A DNA stretch of 55,098 bases from a virus (lineage: Duplodnaviria; Caudoviricetes). The stretch is taken from IMG/VR virus record IMGVR_UViG_3300013119_000328, positions 1-55,098 of that record; one strand, written 5' to 3'. A program made the position numbers and the translations under genes. Shown in pieces: positions 8,479 through 16,866 of this stretch; the first letter of the stretch is position 1, and the number at the start of each line of letters is the position of its first letter. Under the pieces are notes generated by a model that saw only the letters and a list, made by a program, of their open reading frames with translations, did not search any database and had not been told where the DNA came from.

Positions 8479-9162
8479 TTAAGTGATCTCACAACCGCCT
8501 GCTCCGCACGCTAGTGCTTCGGCTTGGACTGTGTTGTCTTCCATTTCGACGATGGCTTTGATGTCTACGCTGGTTAGGGTCTCCATCAAGGTGTCGTAGG
8601 TCTCCTTAGAGCAGTCGGTAAAGGGAGCCTGTTGGTAGGTGCCGCCGTCGAAGGGGAGGAGGGATAGACCTGTGTAGAACTCTCGGTTCTTCCACATCCA
8701 CTCTGCGAGGTCTTCCCACTCATTCTCACGCACACTTACGGTTGCTGAGACGTTGTTCTTGTTGGAACCCTTAGTGTGGCCTGGGAAGACCCAATCTTTG
8801 CTGACTTTCTTCACTCTCTCAAGGAAGCGGTAGGCGGATTCGCCTCGGGTGATGGCTCCCCCTGGGGCTCTCTGGGGGACCGAGATGACCGCCGTGTCAT
8901 GGGGGCGGAAATATTCATCTTCCACTAACTCAGGGTGGTAGGCGGCGAGATGCTGGTAGATCGCTTCGTTCTTGCCGACACGAATGCGACGGATGTAGTA
9001 CGGGGCGTGCCAAGCGTGGATGCCGGACGAGGTTCCCATAACGAGACTGGTCGTGTTGTGTACCACACAACCATTCCCCAGTTGATATGTGTGTGTTCCG
9101 TCAACTTCGAGATCGAGGGTCATTTGTTTCGCCTCACTCTTCTTGATGCTCTTAATTCTCAT
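8479..9162 (-). CDS. nrdJ: Class II ribonucleotide reductase, C-terminal part, led by a split C-intein
   Basis: 36-aa C-intein, then TTSLVMGTSSGIHAWH; NVSATV; YQQAPF; C-terminal ACGAGGCEI; own RBS AGGAG. Confidence 0.93.
   Translation of the reverse strand: MRIKSIKKSEAKQMTLDLEVDGTHTYQLGNGCVVHNTTSLVMGTSSGIHAWHAPYYIRRIRVGKNEAIYQHLAAYHPELVEDEYFRPHDTAVISVPQRAPGGAITRGESAYRFLERVKKVSKDWVFPGHTKGSNKNNVSATVSVRENEWEDLAEWMWKNREFYTGLSLLPFDGGTYQQAPFTDCSKETYDTLMETLTSVDIKAIVEMEDNTVQAEALACGAGGCEIT
9055..9162 (-). mobile_element. Split intein C-fragment of NrdJ (36 aa)
   Basis: MRIKSIKKSEAKQMTLDLEVDGTHTYQLGNGCVVHN|T. Confidence 0.93.
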
Positions 9163-9299
9163 TTTCGATTCTCCTTTTTAATTCCAATAACACTTTCTGC
9201 TTGTCCTCTTTGTAGTCTGCCTCTGGCACCCTTATCACTGTGTATCCTCTTTCCAACCAGAGAATATCCTTTTTGGCGAGCCAAAAGATAATCCTCTGC
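9152..9299 (-). pseudogene. C-terminal remnant of a Vsr/DUF559-like endonuclease in the nrdJ gap
   Basis: LERGYTVIRVPEADYKEDKQKVLLELKRRIENEN* (9256-9152) fits the 'GY.V.R.WE.D' C-terminus; catalytic N-part absent. Confidence 0.6.
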
Positions 9300-9629
9300 C
9301 TAATAACTTAGGATATCATCGTCGAGGTCTAAATCCGCAGCTTTGACCCAGCCCCGATTCGTAGTCAAAAAGCGATGCTCCTTCGTTGCGGAAACAGTCG
9401 TGCCGTCGTCTAGCTCAATCTCATATGTGTCTGCTAACCCATTGACGAACAACTTGGTGATAAGCTCCTTCTCGTTTTTCTCGTTGTAAACGTATATCTT
9501 CTCATTCGCCGGCAAAAACTCTCCCGCCGACCGCTTGATGATAGACTCCGTGTACCCATTGGCATCAAAGATTGTTGATAGCTTGATGTTTCCGAGGTTG
9601 GTGCGAATTTCTGTGTCTGCGGATAGACA
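9300..9629 (-). mobile_element. Split intein N-fragment of NrdJ (109 aa)
   Basis: CLSADTEIRT block A; SATKEHRFLT block B; GWVKAADL; stop. Confidence 0.93.
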
Positions 9630-11339
9630 ACCCGATGGCTTCACCGTAGTTAGGCGAGCGGCTGGGTTGGTGTTTAGCAACTCTGCTACTCGGGCGTTTT
9701 CAGCTTTGGCGACTTCTGCGGCTTTGGCGAGATCGATGTCCTCGCTCAGGACTGCTCCTGAGGCGATGCCCGTCATAGATACACCAACGAGGGCGTCCTT
9801 CTCTGTGTTTCGTTGCCACTTCGCTCGTAGGTAGTGGAAGTCGGTGTAGGATGCTTGAAGTGTGCCGATGAGGGTGGCTGCGGTGACTCTGGCTTCTAAG
9901 TCGGCTTGGTCTTCGATGTCTGAAACGTTGACTTCTACGAGATTGCAGAACTGCATTGAACGCAGGGCTATTTCTCCGCACGGGTTTGTCCCTAGCTCCT
10001 TATCGTTGCTCAGGACGATACCAGGTTCGCCAGCCCTGCTCATTTCGGTTCGCTTGAGAAGATTAAGGAAGAAGTCCTTTTCTATTTTGTGCCGCAAGAC
10101 CACTACTGAGTTGTTAGCACGACCTCGCTGGGGATTCGTCTCCCACCAGTTGCCGGCTTTGGCGGCGAGCATCTCCTCGTCGTCTGCATCAAAAAGGGCA
10201 ATCATAGCAGAGTTGTGAGATACAGACTCCAACCCCGTGGACGGATTCTTTGCCGTAAAGCAATGAACCTCATCAACCTCAATGTCATAAGTCTCCTCTG
10301 AACCGAAGTCTTCTACGTGCAAAATATCAACGAAATCGTACTTCTCTTTTGCAAAAGAATATCGGGTCGGGTCCTTAGAAATGTCGCTGGCGGTGGTCCA
10401 GATAATCTTCTCAGACTTCTTGTCCAACACCAGCCACCGATGGTTGGGTGTCGAAAGGTGATATCCCTCGGCAGTGGTAAGTTTTACGATATCCTGTTCG
10501 CCCTGCTCGAAGTTGTTCTTTACCTCATAATATCTCTCATTGTAATATACCGAGTCTCCTCTCGACATCTCTGATATCTCCTTGTATTGGTCCGGACCAA
10601 CACAGACTAAATAGTTGCTCGGCAGACATCTCCTAATTCCGCCAGCCAAAACTGCATCCGCAATGTGACACATAATATCATGGACCTCGATGGTCGTTAG
10701 TTTGGAACCGACGGGCTTGGACTCAAAAATGCCCTCGATCTTAACAAGGCACTCTCGGAGAGGTTGAGGTCCGGGCGCTTTGCCGCCAGAGGTGACCAAA
10801 AGGGCACCCTTCTCACGGATGTCGCTGTAATCGAATCGGATCTTGGAGCCACCAACATAGTACTGACGGACAAGGGCTTTGACCGAATCTGCCCAACCCT
10901 CGATACTGTCGCCGATGAGGAAACGGCGTGTGCGGTCGCTGTTCGGCTTTACGATCTCGGGCAGTTGTTCGGCGTGGTGGCTCTGGACGCTGTAACCCAC
11001 TCCGCAACCAGACAACAGGAGGAACATCGTCTCGTTGAAGGCTCGATAGTCGTCGATAGCGAGGAAGGCGCAGTTGAATAGGCGAGTTGGATTCACCTCG
11101 ATGGCTTTGCCTGCGAACTGCATCGAACGCATCGATGGGAGAACCTTCTTCGCTGATACGAGTTTGTAGGTGCTATTGATCTCATCTTTGAGTTCGGGGA
11201 ACTTCTTGATATGCATCGCCTTGTTGCGGGTGACCATCTCACCGAAGGTCTCCCTGCGATTCTTCTTGGGGAGATATTTTGCGTACTTCATGTATGTGGT
11301 GATGTCGGACAAAATGTCAACAGATAGATCTTTGCTCAT
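9300..11339 (-). CDS. nrdJ: Class II ribonucleotide reductase, N-terminal part, with a cis mini-intein and a terminal split N-intein
   Basis: VLPSMRSMQFAG, FNCAF, GCGVGYSVQ, GGIRR|..|SAMI, GTNPCGEI, FCNLVE, TVKPSG|CLS. Confidence 0.94.
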   Translation of the reverse strand: MSKDLSVDILSDITTYMKYAKYLPKKNRRETFGEMVTRNKAMHIKKFPELKDEINSTYKLVSAKKVLPSMRSMQFAGKAIEVNPTRLFNCAFLAIDDYRAFNETMFLLLSGCGVGYSVQSHHAEQLPEIVKPNSDRTRRFLIGDSIEGWADSVKALVRQYYVGGSKIRFDYSDIREKGALLVTSGGKAPGPQPLRECLVKIEGIFESKPVGSKLTTIEVHDIMCHIADAVLAGGIRRCLPSNYLVCVGPDQYKEISEMSRGDSVYYNERYYEVKNNFEQGEQDIVKLTTAEGYHLSTPNHRWLVLDKKSEKIIWTTASDISKDPTRYSFAKEKYDFVDILHVEDFGSEETYDIEVDEVHCFTAKNPSTGLESVSHNSAMIALFDADDEEMLAAKAGNWWETNPQRGRANNSVVVLRHKIEKDFFLNLLKRTEMSRAGEPGIVLSNDKELGTNPCGEIALRSMQFCNLVEVNVSDIEDQADLEARVTAATLIGTLQASYTDFHYLRAKWQRNTEKDALVGVSMTGIASGAVLSEDIDLAKAAEVAKAENARVAELLNTNPAARLTTVKPSGCLSADTEIRTNLGNIKLSTIFDANGYTESIIKRSAGEFLPANEKIYVYNEKNEKELITKLFVNGLADTYEIELDDGTTVSATKEHRFLTTNRGWVKAADLDLDDDILSY
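10212..10628 (-). mobile_element. Cis mini-intein in NrdJ (139 aa, no endonuclease)
   Basis: GGIRR|CLPSNY...STPNHRW...TYDIEVDEVHCF...VSHN|SAM. Confidence 0.92.
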
Positions 11340-11340
11340 G

Positions 11341-13992
11341 CTATTGGTTCTCCTTTTTGTTGTGTTTTTCTGTTGCCGCAGAGTTGGCGGCGTGGGCGGC
11401 CTGCTCTTTGGCTAGGTTCTCTTTTTGGCGTTTGAGGTCCCTGATGAATTTCTTCTTCTCCCAAGCAGGCAGAGCGTCTAGCTCCTCCTTGGTTTGGGGT
11501 CCGTTGGCTAGGAGATCACTGAGAGAGCGGTGCTCCGGGGCTTTGCTCTTCTTTCTGCGTCTGTTGCCTGGGACTGACTCATCATTATAGGTCTTGTACT
11601 TCTTCTTGAGCCAGTCCTGTTGCTCTTGTTTCGTCTTGGCGACGACAGAGTCAATCCCGCCCGCTTCGCTGTCGGGGTGGTGGACCTCAAGTCTGACTCG
11701 ACTGGTGTCGATCGTCATCGGATAGACGATGCCGTCTGGTCCGTTGCGGTTCTTGGCTACGAACATACGACCCTTATCTTGTGCCTTGTCTTCGACGGTC
11801 CGACTGATGGAGCAGATGAGATCAGCGACGAAGCACTTGTTGAACGCTTCGCTGATGCTCTCCATCGTGATGACTTCGGCGTTTAGCCCGCTGCGATTTG
11901 TTTGAGAACAAGACCAACAGACCGCCTCATATTTCTGCGCAATGCCTCGCATCTCCTCGTAAATATCACCTAGATTGTGTCGCAACTCAGTCTTGTATCC
12001 GCCTTGTTGGCGAGGGCGCAACAAATCCCCATAGTCGATGATGATCATATCGGGTTCAATGCCTCGCTGACGTAGGCGATCTAGGTGGTTCTCGATGGTG
12101 CTCGTGGATGCTGACTTGGTGGGATACTCCTTGACGATGAGTTTGCCCGTGACCCCACGAACCTCTTCTTCGATCTTGTCCTTCATCGAATGGAGGTCTT
12201 GGAGCTGGACCTTCGTAAGGCAACTGTCGTAGCGGTTGCCGACAACCGTATCTGCGAGTTCCAACGTATAGTGGACGACCGTCTTTCCCTCCTTAAGTGC
12301 TTGGGTGCCGAGGTGGACCATGGCCATCGATTTGCCAGAGTTGTGCGTGACCGTAAAGTCGCCCATCAAATATAGATGATCTCCCGTCAACTCAAAACCA
12401 TAATAGTAGTCATCAGGTACCTGCTCGACACTAAACCCTGTGCGAAGAACATTCTTCTTCTGTTGTCGTTCAGAGCACTTCTTGCGCTCAATGCGTACCG
12501 GGATTTTGATACAATCCCCCGAAATAGACACACGATAATACTGTCCCTTGGTTCCGTGTTGGTCCGACTTTGTGCACTCGGTCACATATGCCGCCAAGCC
12601 AAGACTCCGAGAGAGGAATGCCACATCGTCCGCAAGTCCTTGTGATTTGGAAACAAAGTCGTATCCATAACCCTTAGAACAACTTCCGTCGGTGTCGATC
12701 AAACCAGCCAATACTGAGAGGCGATCTGCCTCTGGTGCGACCAAGTATCCCGAAGGCACCCGCTTGTTGTCCGACTTCTGCCCATAGATGCCGATTTCTC
12801 TCAGGAATGTTCCTAGTGGGTTTCTAGGTTGCCCCGGCGAAACAAGGGCAAGGTCTATCGTCGAACCTGTTTGTTTCTGATACTCTCGAATTGTCAGTCC
12901 AAAAATGTCTGCTACCCGACAAACCTCTTCTCTCAAAACCTCATCGTCGCTCGTAAAGCGAATATTATAATTAGAGGTGGATCCGTCTCCCAACATCAGT
13001 CCGACGAAATAAGGGTGGGAGACTTTCGACTGAGAGGCGAATGACTTTACACCTGTTCTGTAAAGTTTGTGAATGTGCCTGAATGTCTTACTTTTGGTAA
13101 GATATTCGTCGACAGTTAGATTCACAACCTTTCCGGCAAAGGAAGTCCCATCGGCAGTCCTCACCAAGGACAAGATGTGGCCACCGTTGACAACGAACGA
13201 CTCACCCTTCACAGGGGTGATTCGGTACATCCTGTCCCGACCCCGAGCCAAGGTCTTTACGGCCCTTGGAAGCGAATCCGGACCCATCAATTCATCTCCT
13301 TTTCGGATATCTTCCACCGCTACTCTTTTTCCATCTGACATCATCACTAGCGTGCCTCGCTCATGGCAACCAGTTGGAGCGACGATGATTCCTAATTCCT
13401 TCTTACCTAGTCCGCCACGAGTAATGTCATCAATCTCGTCCCAGCCAGTAGAGATCGGGTCTCTATCGTGAATCGTGTAGCGATCCTCGAAGTCCTCAAT
13501 GAAGTCATGTCCGTAGTTGTTGTCTAGACCAAGCTTCATCGCCTGCTCAATAACCCCCTGGATCTCCTCGAAGGATGAGGTTTGTAGCAACTCTACCGAC
13601 TTGAGAATGGCGTCCTTGAGTTTCTGCTTCTTGCAAAAGTCAAGGGACTTCTCTCGAACGTACTCGCCGTCCTCGGCGTTGACGTCGCCCGTCTTGATCC
13701 GTGCTAAAAAGTCAATCATCTGCTTCTTGATGATGTCGCTTGCTTCGTCCAGCTCTGAGCGGATGATGGACGACACAATCACCTGCGTCGGGTGGACCTC
13801 ATACTTCTTCTTGTAGTCGAAGATGAGTTCAACGAAGGTGCGGATGTAGCGCAACTCCAAATAGTTGACTTCCAGGACCTCGATCATCTGGTTCGCAAAT
13901 GGGCGGTCTTCTAGGATGTTATATGCTAATTTCTCTTGGAACGCTTTACCGAATTTGGCAAATGTGATCTGTTCGTTCTTCTTCTTGGTCAA
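11341..13992 (-). CDS. dnaB: Replicative helicase (DnaB/T4 gp41-like) with intein
   Basis: ISTGWDEID, Walker A APTG|SGKS interrupted by an intein, HYTLEL, IIIDYGDLL, SQTNRSG, VAKNRNG. Confidence 0.93.
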   Translation of the reverse strand: MTKKKNEQITFAKFGKAFQEKLAYNILEDRPFANQMIEVLEVNYLELRYIRTFVELIFDYKKKYEVHPTQVIVSSIIRSELDEASDIIKKQMIDFLARIKTGDVNAEDGEYVREKSLDFCKKQKLKDAILKSVELLQTSSFEEIQGVIEQAMKLGLDNNYGHDFIEDFEDRYTIHDRDPISTGWDEIDDITRGGLGKKELGIIVAPTGCHERGTLVMMSDGKRVAVEDIRKGDELMGPDSLPRAVKTLARGRDRMYRITPVKGESFVVNGGHILSLVRTADGTSFAGKVVNLTVDEYLTKSKTFRHIHKLYRTGVKSFASQSKVSHPYFVGLMLGDGSTSNYNIRFTSDDEVLREEVCRVADIFGLTIREYQKQTGSTIDLALVSPGQPRNPLGTFLREIGIYGQKSDNKRVPSGYLVAPEADRLSVLAGLIDTDGSCSKGYGYDFVSKSQGLADDVAFLSRSLGLAAYVTECTKSDQHGTKGQYYRVSISGDCIKIPVRIERKKCSERQQKKNVLRTGFSVEQVPDDYYYGFELTGDHLYLMGDFTVTHNSGKSMAMVHLGTQALKEGKTVVHYTLELADTVVGNRYDSCLTKVQLQDLHSMKDKIEEEVRGVTGKLIVKEYPTKSASTSTIENHLDRLRQRGIEPDMIIIDYGDLLRPRQQGGYKTELRHNLGDIYEEMRGIAQKYEAVCWSCSQTNRSGLNAEVITMESISEAFNKCFVADLICSISRTVEDKAQDKGRMFVAKNRNGPDGIVYPMTIDTSRVRLEVHHPDSEAGGIDSVVAKTKQEQQDWLKKKYKTYNDESVPGNRRRKKSKAPEHRSLSDLLANGPQTKEELDALPAWEKKKFIRDLKRQKENLAKEQAAHAANSAATEKHNKKENQ
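12340..13368 (-). mobile_element. Cis intein with LAGLIDADG endonuclease in the helicase Walker A (343 aa)
   Basis: CHERGT...VNGGHIL...VGLMLGDG...LAGLIDTDGS...FTVTHN|S. Confidence 0.95.
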
Positions 13993-14007
13993 TCGTCTTC
14001 CGTTCTT

Positions 14008-14952
14008 TTATGCGTTCTGGAAATGGCTTAGTAAGTAGTCGAGATTGAGAGAACCGATCCCGTCTCTCATAAGCATAACACGGATTTTGGTTTTGTTCAA
14101 CCCTTTATTTTCTTTTATTGCCCGATAAAGTGCGGTGCTTTCTTCGGGTGAGATTTCTGGGTTGTAGAGCTGCATTATACGGTAATTGTCGGAGATGGTC
14201 TCTTGGTTATCGAGGAGATCTTGGTAGATTTTGACCTTGCCTAGGTTCTCCTTGGCGTGGGCTACTAAATCGCTGACTTGGTAGGAATTGTCCTCCCGTA
14301 AAAAGGGAAAACGCTTGATGGCGGTGGCTAGACCGACACGATGGAGACCAGGGAGGTTGTCGGAAGTGTCGCCAGCCATGGCTCGGGCTAGGGCGTAGTT
14401 CTTTGGGTGGATGCCGTCCTTTTCCAAGATAGTCTTTTTAGAGACGATCTGCTTGGCTACTGGACGAATAATAATTGTTTCATCATCACACAACTGGAAG
14501 AAATCCTTGTCGCTTGATAGGATCACTTTTTGCCAACCTGCGAAGTGTGGATGGCTAGTGGTCCAAGAAATCAGGTCGTCAGCCTCTTGGGTGGGAAGGT
14601 AAAGTTGTGTGAGAGGCATCTCTGCGAGATACTCTATGAGGCGAGAGATTTGCTCATCCTTGTTCGCTAACTCTTGGTTGTCGGAGATCTCAAATGCCCT
14701 ATTGAGGCGTTTGGGGATCTTTCGACCGGTTTTATAGTCCTCGTTGATGAGACGACGGCGGGCTGTTCCACCTGTGCCGTCCCAACACACCACGACCTCG
14801 TCCGGGTTGGTCTCTCGTAAATGTTTTTGCAAGGTCTTCATGAAACCATCTACGCCCCCAAAAGGGGCTCCGTTAGAATTTAGGGTTGGATTTACACACC
14901 ACGACCTAACAAACGCCCCGAGGGCATCTACGACTAATACTCGTTTACTCAT
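14008..14952 (-). CDS. 5'-3' exonuclease/flap endonuclease (T4 RNase H / PolI 5' nuclease family)
   Basis: VLVVDA, WDG, YKTGR, EADDLI, SSDKDFFQL, GDTSDNLPG. Start at the TGATG overlap. Confidence 0.92.
   Translation of the reverse strand: MSKRVLVVDALGAFVRSWCVNPTLNSNGAPFGGVDGFMKTLQKHLRETNPDEVVVCWDGTGGTARRRLINEDYKTGRKIPKRLNRAFEISDNQELANKDEQISRLIEYLAEMPLTQLYLPTQEADDLISWTTSHPHFAGWQKVILSSDKDFFQLCDDETIIIRPVAKQIVSKKTILEKDGIHPKNYALARAMAGDTSDNLPGLHRVGLATAIKRFPFLREDNSYQVSDLVAHAKENLGKVKIYQDLLDNQETISDNYRIMQLYNPEISPEESTALYRAIKENKGLNKTKIRVMLMRDGIGSLNLDYLLSHFQNA
14072..14124 (-). promoter_or_regulatory. Internal sigma70-type promoter upstream of the helicase
   Basis: CGGGCAATAAAAGAAAATAAAGGG-TTGAAC-N17-TATGCT with TG extension. 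Confidence 0.5.
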
Positions 14953-15341
14953 CAAAAGTCCATCGTTCCTGTGCCGTGCTCTGTTGTAAAAACCGCTCGG
15001 CGTAATCCGTGTTTGTTGATAATCTCTTGGCATTTAACACAAGGACAACTCATTCCGGGAAGGTCGTTCCTCCCCTTTCTCGCTACATAGATCGTCGCCC
15101 CCTGGAGGCGACTCTTGTCCTTCACTCGCCAAATGGCGTCCATCTCTGCGTGAACTGAACGAGTGAAATCCGCTTCGCTCGACTTGGGGTGGGTCTTGTA
15201 TCTGTTCCTCCCCACGGAGATCACATTTCCGCCCTTCACTATCACCGCTACATGGCGATGGAGGAGGCTCTTGCTATACTCGTTCGTGTCTATCTTCCGC
15301 AGGGCAAATGCTAGGAACTTATTTCGCTTCCTCTTTGTCAT
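14952..15341 (-). CDS. Cytidine/dCMP deaminase-family zinc protein
   Basis: HAEMDAI and CPCVKC motifs. Promoter TTGACA-N16-TAGAAT at 15362-15389. Confidence 0.85.
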   Translation of the reverse strand: MTKRKRNKFLAFALRKIDTNEYSKSLLHRHVAVIVKGGNVISVGRNRYKTHPKSSEADFTRSVHAEMDAIWRVKDKSRLQGATIYVARKGRNDLPGMSCPCVKCQEIINKHGLRRAVFTTEHGTGTMDF

Positions 15342-15385
15342 CTCGCCCTACCTTCTTACCTATTCTACACTCATCTTCCAAAATG

Positions 15386-16612
15386 TCAAGAACTCTTTTC
15401 TTCATCTGCCCGCTGAGTGGTTTGATCGAGAATCTCTAACACTCGCTCTTTGAACTTGTCCTCTGTCAACATTTTGAGCCAACTGCCTGCCTGGAACTTC
15501 TTGGACTTCGTGCCATCAGCATATTCTAACTCCTTCCAAGTCGTCCCATGAATGTACTGAGAGTCCTTAACTGCTTCCAGCCAACTTTCCTCATCTTGAA
15601 TCCCAACCCTGTCGCCGCCCCACAAAATCTTAAACATCGCTTTGCGACCTTGGGTGCCTCCTCGTGATTTCTCGATCTTAGCCGAGACAGATGAACCGAT
15701 GCGCTCGCCCCGGTCATTCTCAACAAAAGATGCTCTTGCTTTGCGTCCCGTCAACCAGATACGAAGAGTGTATGCATAAGTTAGCGCCTTGCCTCCCGGT
15801 GTAAAGTACGGAGTCACAAGCGCCTCTGCTGGGGTCTTGGGGATATTAATGCGTAGTTGGTTGATAATCATTAAGGTGTGTTGCTTTGCGTTGAGTGGGT
15901 TAATCAGCTTTTGGAGTCCGGCACCAATTACTTTGGGTTTACGGAGCATCCCGCCAGCATTGGGGTTGAGTTTTTCGGACTCTAAATCCGATTCACAGGG
16001 AGTAAAGGCTAAACTGTCCCAGATGAATAAGATCTGCTTATCAGTGGAGTCAATAATAGTATCGATAGTATCAAAGACAAACTCACAGGAGGTTGCTGGA
16101 ATGTAAAGGAAGTTTTCCAAATTGACGCCGGAACGCTCTAGAAACTGCGCATCCAGAGCCGACTCTGAGTCAAAATAGACAACATCAATTCCCTTCTTCT
16201 GTGCGTTGACGGCAACCTGCACTGCCATATAACTCTTTCCGGTGTTGTGGTTCAGGATGCCGTTGCCGTAATAACATGCCTCAGGGTGTTTGACTGTGAT
16301 GTCAACAATTTGCTTCGCACCTACCTGGCTGACCTGGCTGACTTCATGGTATTCGCCATCATCACAAAGTAGTCTTGTTGAGCCGACGACGAGTTCGCTA
16401 GTGCGGACCCACCCTTCTGATGCGAAGAACCTATGTTCCGCTGTGACTTCGATCCGGCGCTCATTTGCTAGAACCACCTCGTGTGCCGGCAACAGCCCCT
16501 TGTCGATGTAGTCGACGATCTCCGTGTACTCCCCCGACAAAGTCTTAACCCGTACCTTGTGTCCGGCATTGAGCAACTCTTTGACCTCTGCGATTCTGAT
16601 CTTCTTCTTCAT
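15386..16612 (-). CDS. recA: RecA/UvsX recombinase, C-terminal part, led by a long split C-intein
   Basis: 123-aa intein part ending ILNHN|TGKS; then YFDSESALD, FIWDSLA, INQLR, TPGGKAL. Alternative GTG start at 16618. Confidence 0.92.
   Translation of the reverse strand: MKKKIRIAEVKELLNAGHKVRVKTLSGEYTEIVDYIDKGLLPAHEVVLANERRIEVTAEHRFFASEGWVRTSELVVGSTRLLCDDGEYHEVSQVSQVGAKQIVDITVKHPEACYYGNGILNHNTGKSYMAVQVAVNAQKKGIDVVYFDSESALDAQFLERSGVNLENFLYIPATSCEFVFDTIDTIIDSTDKQILFIWDSLAFTPCESDLESEKLNPNAGGMLRKPKVIGAGLQKLINPLNAKQHTLMIINQLRINIPKTPAEALVTPYFTPGGKALTYAYTLRIWLTGRKARASFVENDRGERIGSSVSAKIEKSRGGTQGRKAMFKILWGGDRVGIQDEESWLEAVKDSQYIHGTTWKELEYADGTKSKKFQAGSWLKMLTEDKFKERVLEILDQTTQRADEEKSS
16244..16612 (-). 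mobile_element. Atypical split intein C-fragment of RecA (123 aa, blocks B, F, G)
   Basis: EVTAEHRFF block B; IVDITVKHPEACYYGNGILNHN|T. Confidence 0.92.
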
Positions 16613-16824
16613 ACCCACTTTAACAACCTTTCATATTCTGTGCTGTTCATTGGTTCTATTGTACCTGATTCTATCAACTTGTCAAGTGTTTCTTTGTCAT
16701 ACTTCGGAAAACTAAAATCCTCCTCTGTCACGACTGTGAACTTCAAGCCCCATTGCTCACAAAACGATCGGGCGGCGGCGAACCTTGCTTTGTTTTCTCG
16801 TGTATCAAGTAGGCGGCCTATCAG
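16609..16824 (-). pseudogene. C-terminal remnant of a TnsA-like endonuclease in the recA gap
   Basis: LIGRLLDTRENKARFAAARSFCEQWGLKFTVVTEEDF...LLKWV*; its TGA overlaps the C-intein ATG. Confidence 0.65.
16658..16685 (-). promoter_or_regulatory. Sigma70-type promoter for the recA C-part
   Basis: TTGACA-N16-TACAAT inside the nuclease remnant. Confidence 0.7.
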
Positions 16825-16866
16825 TCAATCCACTTCCACCTCGATAAGGGTGTCGTCTGAAACGCA
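16825..16866 (-). mobile_element. Atypical split intein N-fragment of RecA (13 aa)
   Basis: CVSDDTLIEVEVD is block A only, followed by TGA. Confidence 0.88.

Noticed and set aside
9163-9299. Group I intron or sequencing frameshift in the gaps
   Set aside because: The gaps are 120-210 bp with coding remnants and no intron core I could see. C-halves begin with typical M.KIK / MRIK starts and have RBSs.
10608-10614. CTATTTA copies inside coding DNA (also 26931, 42211, 42405, 44362, 50090)
   Set aside because: A few hits of a 7-mer are expected by chance in 55 kb; only the intergenic copies were counted as evidence.
2557-16824. Stop-codon reassignment or read-through explaining the broken genes
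   Set aside because: Long genes are intact in the standard code and TAG/TGA end many abutting genes. Reading through the N-half stops does not give a continuous ORF into the C-halves.
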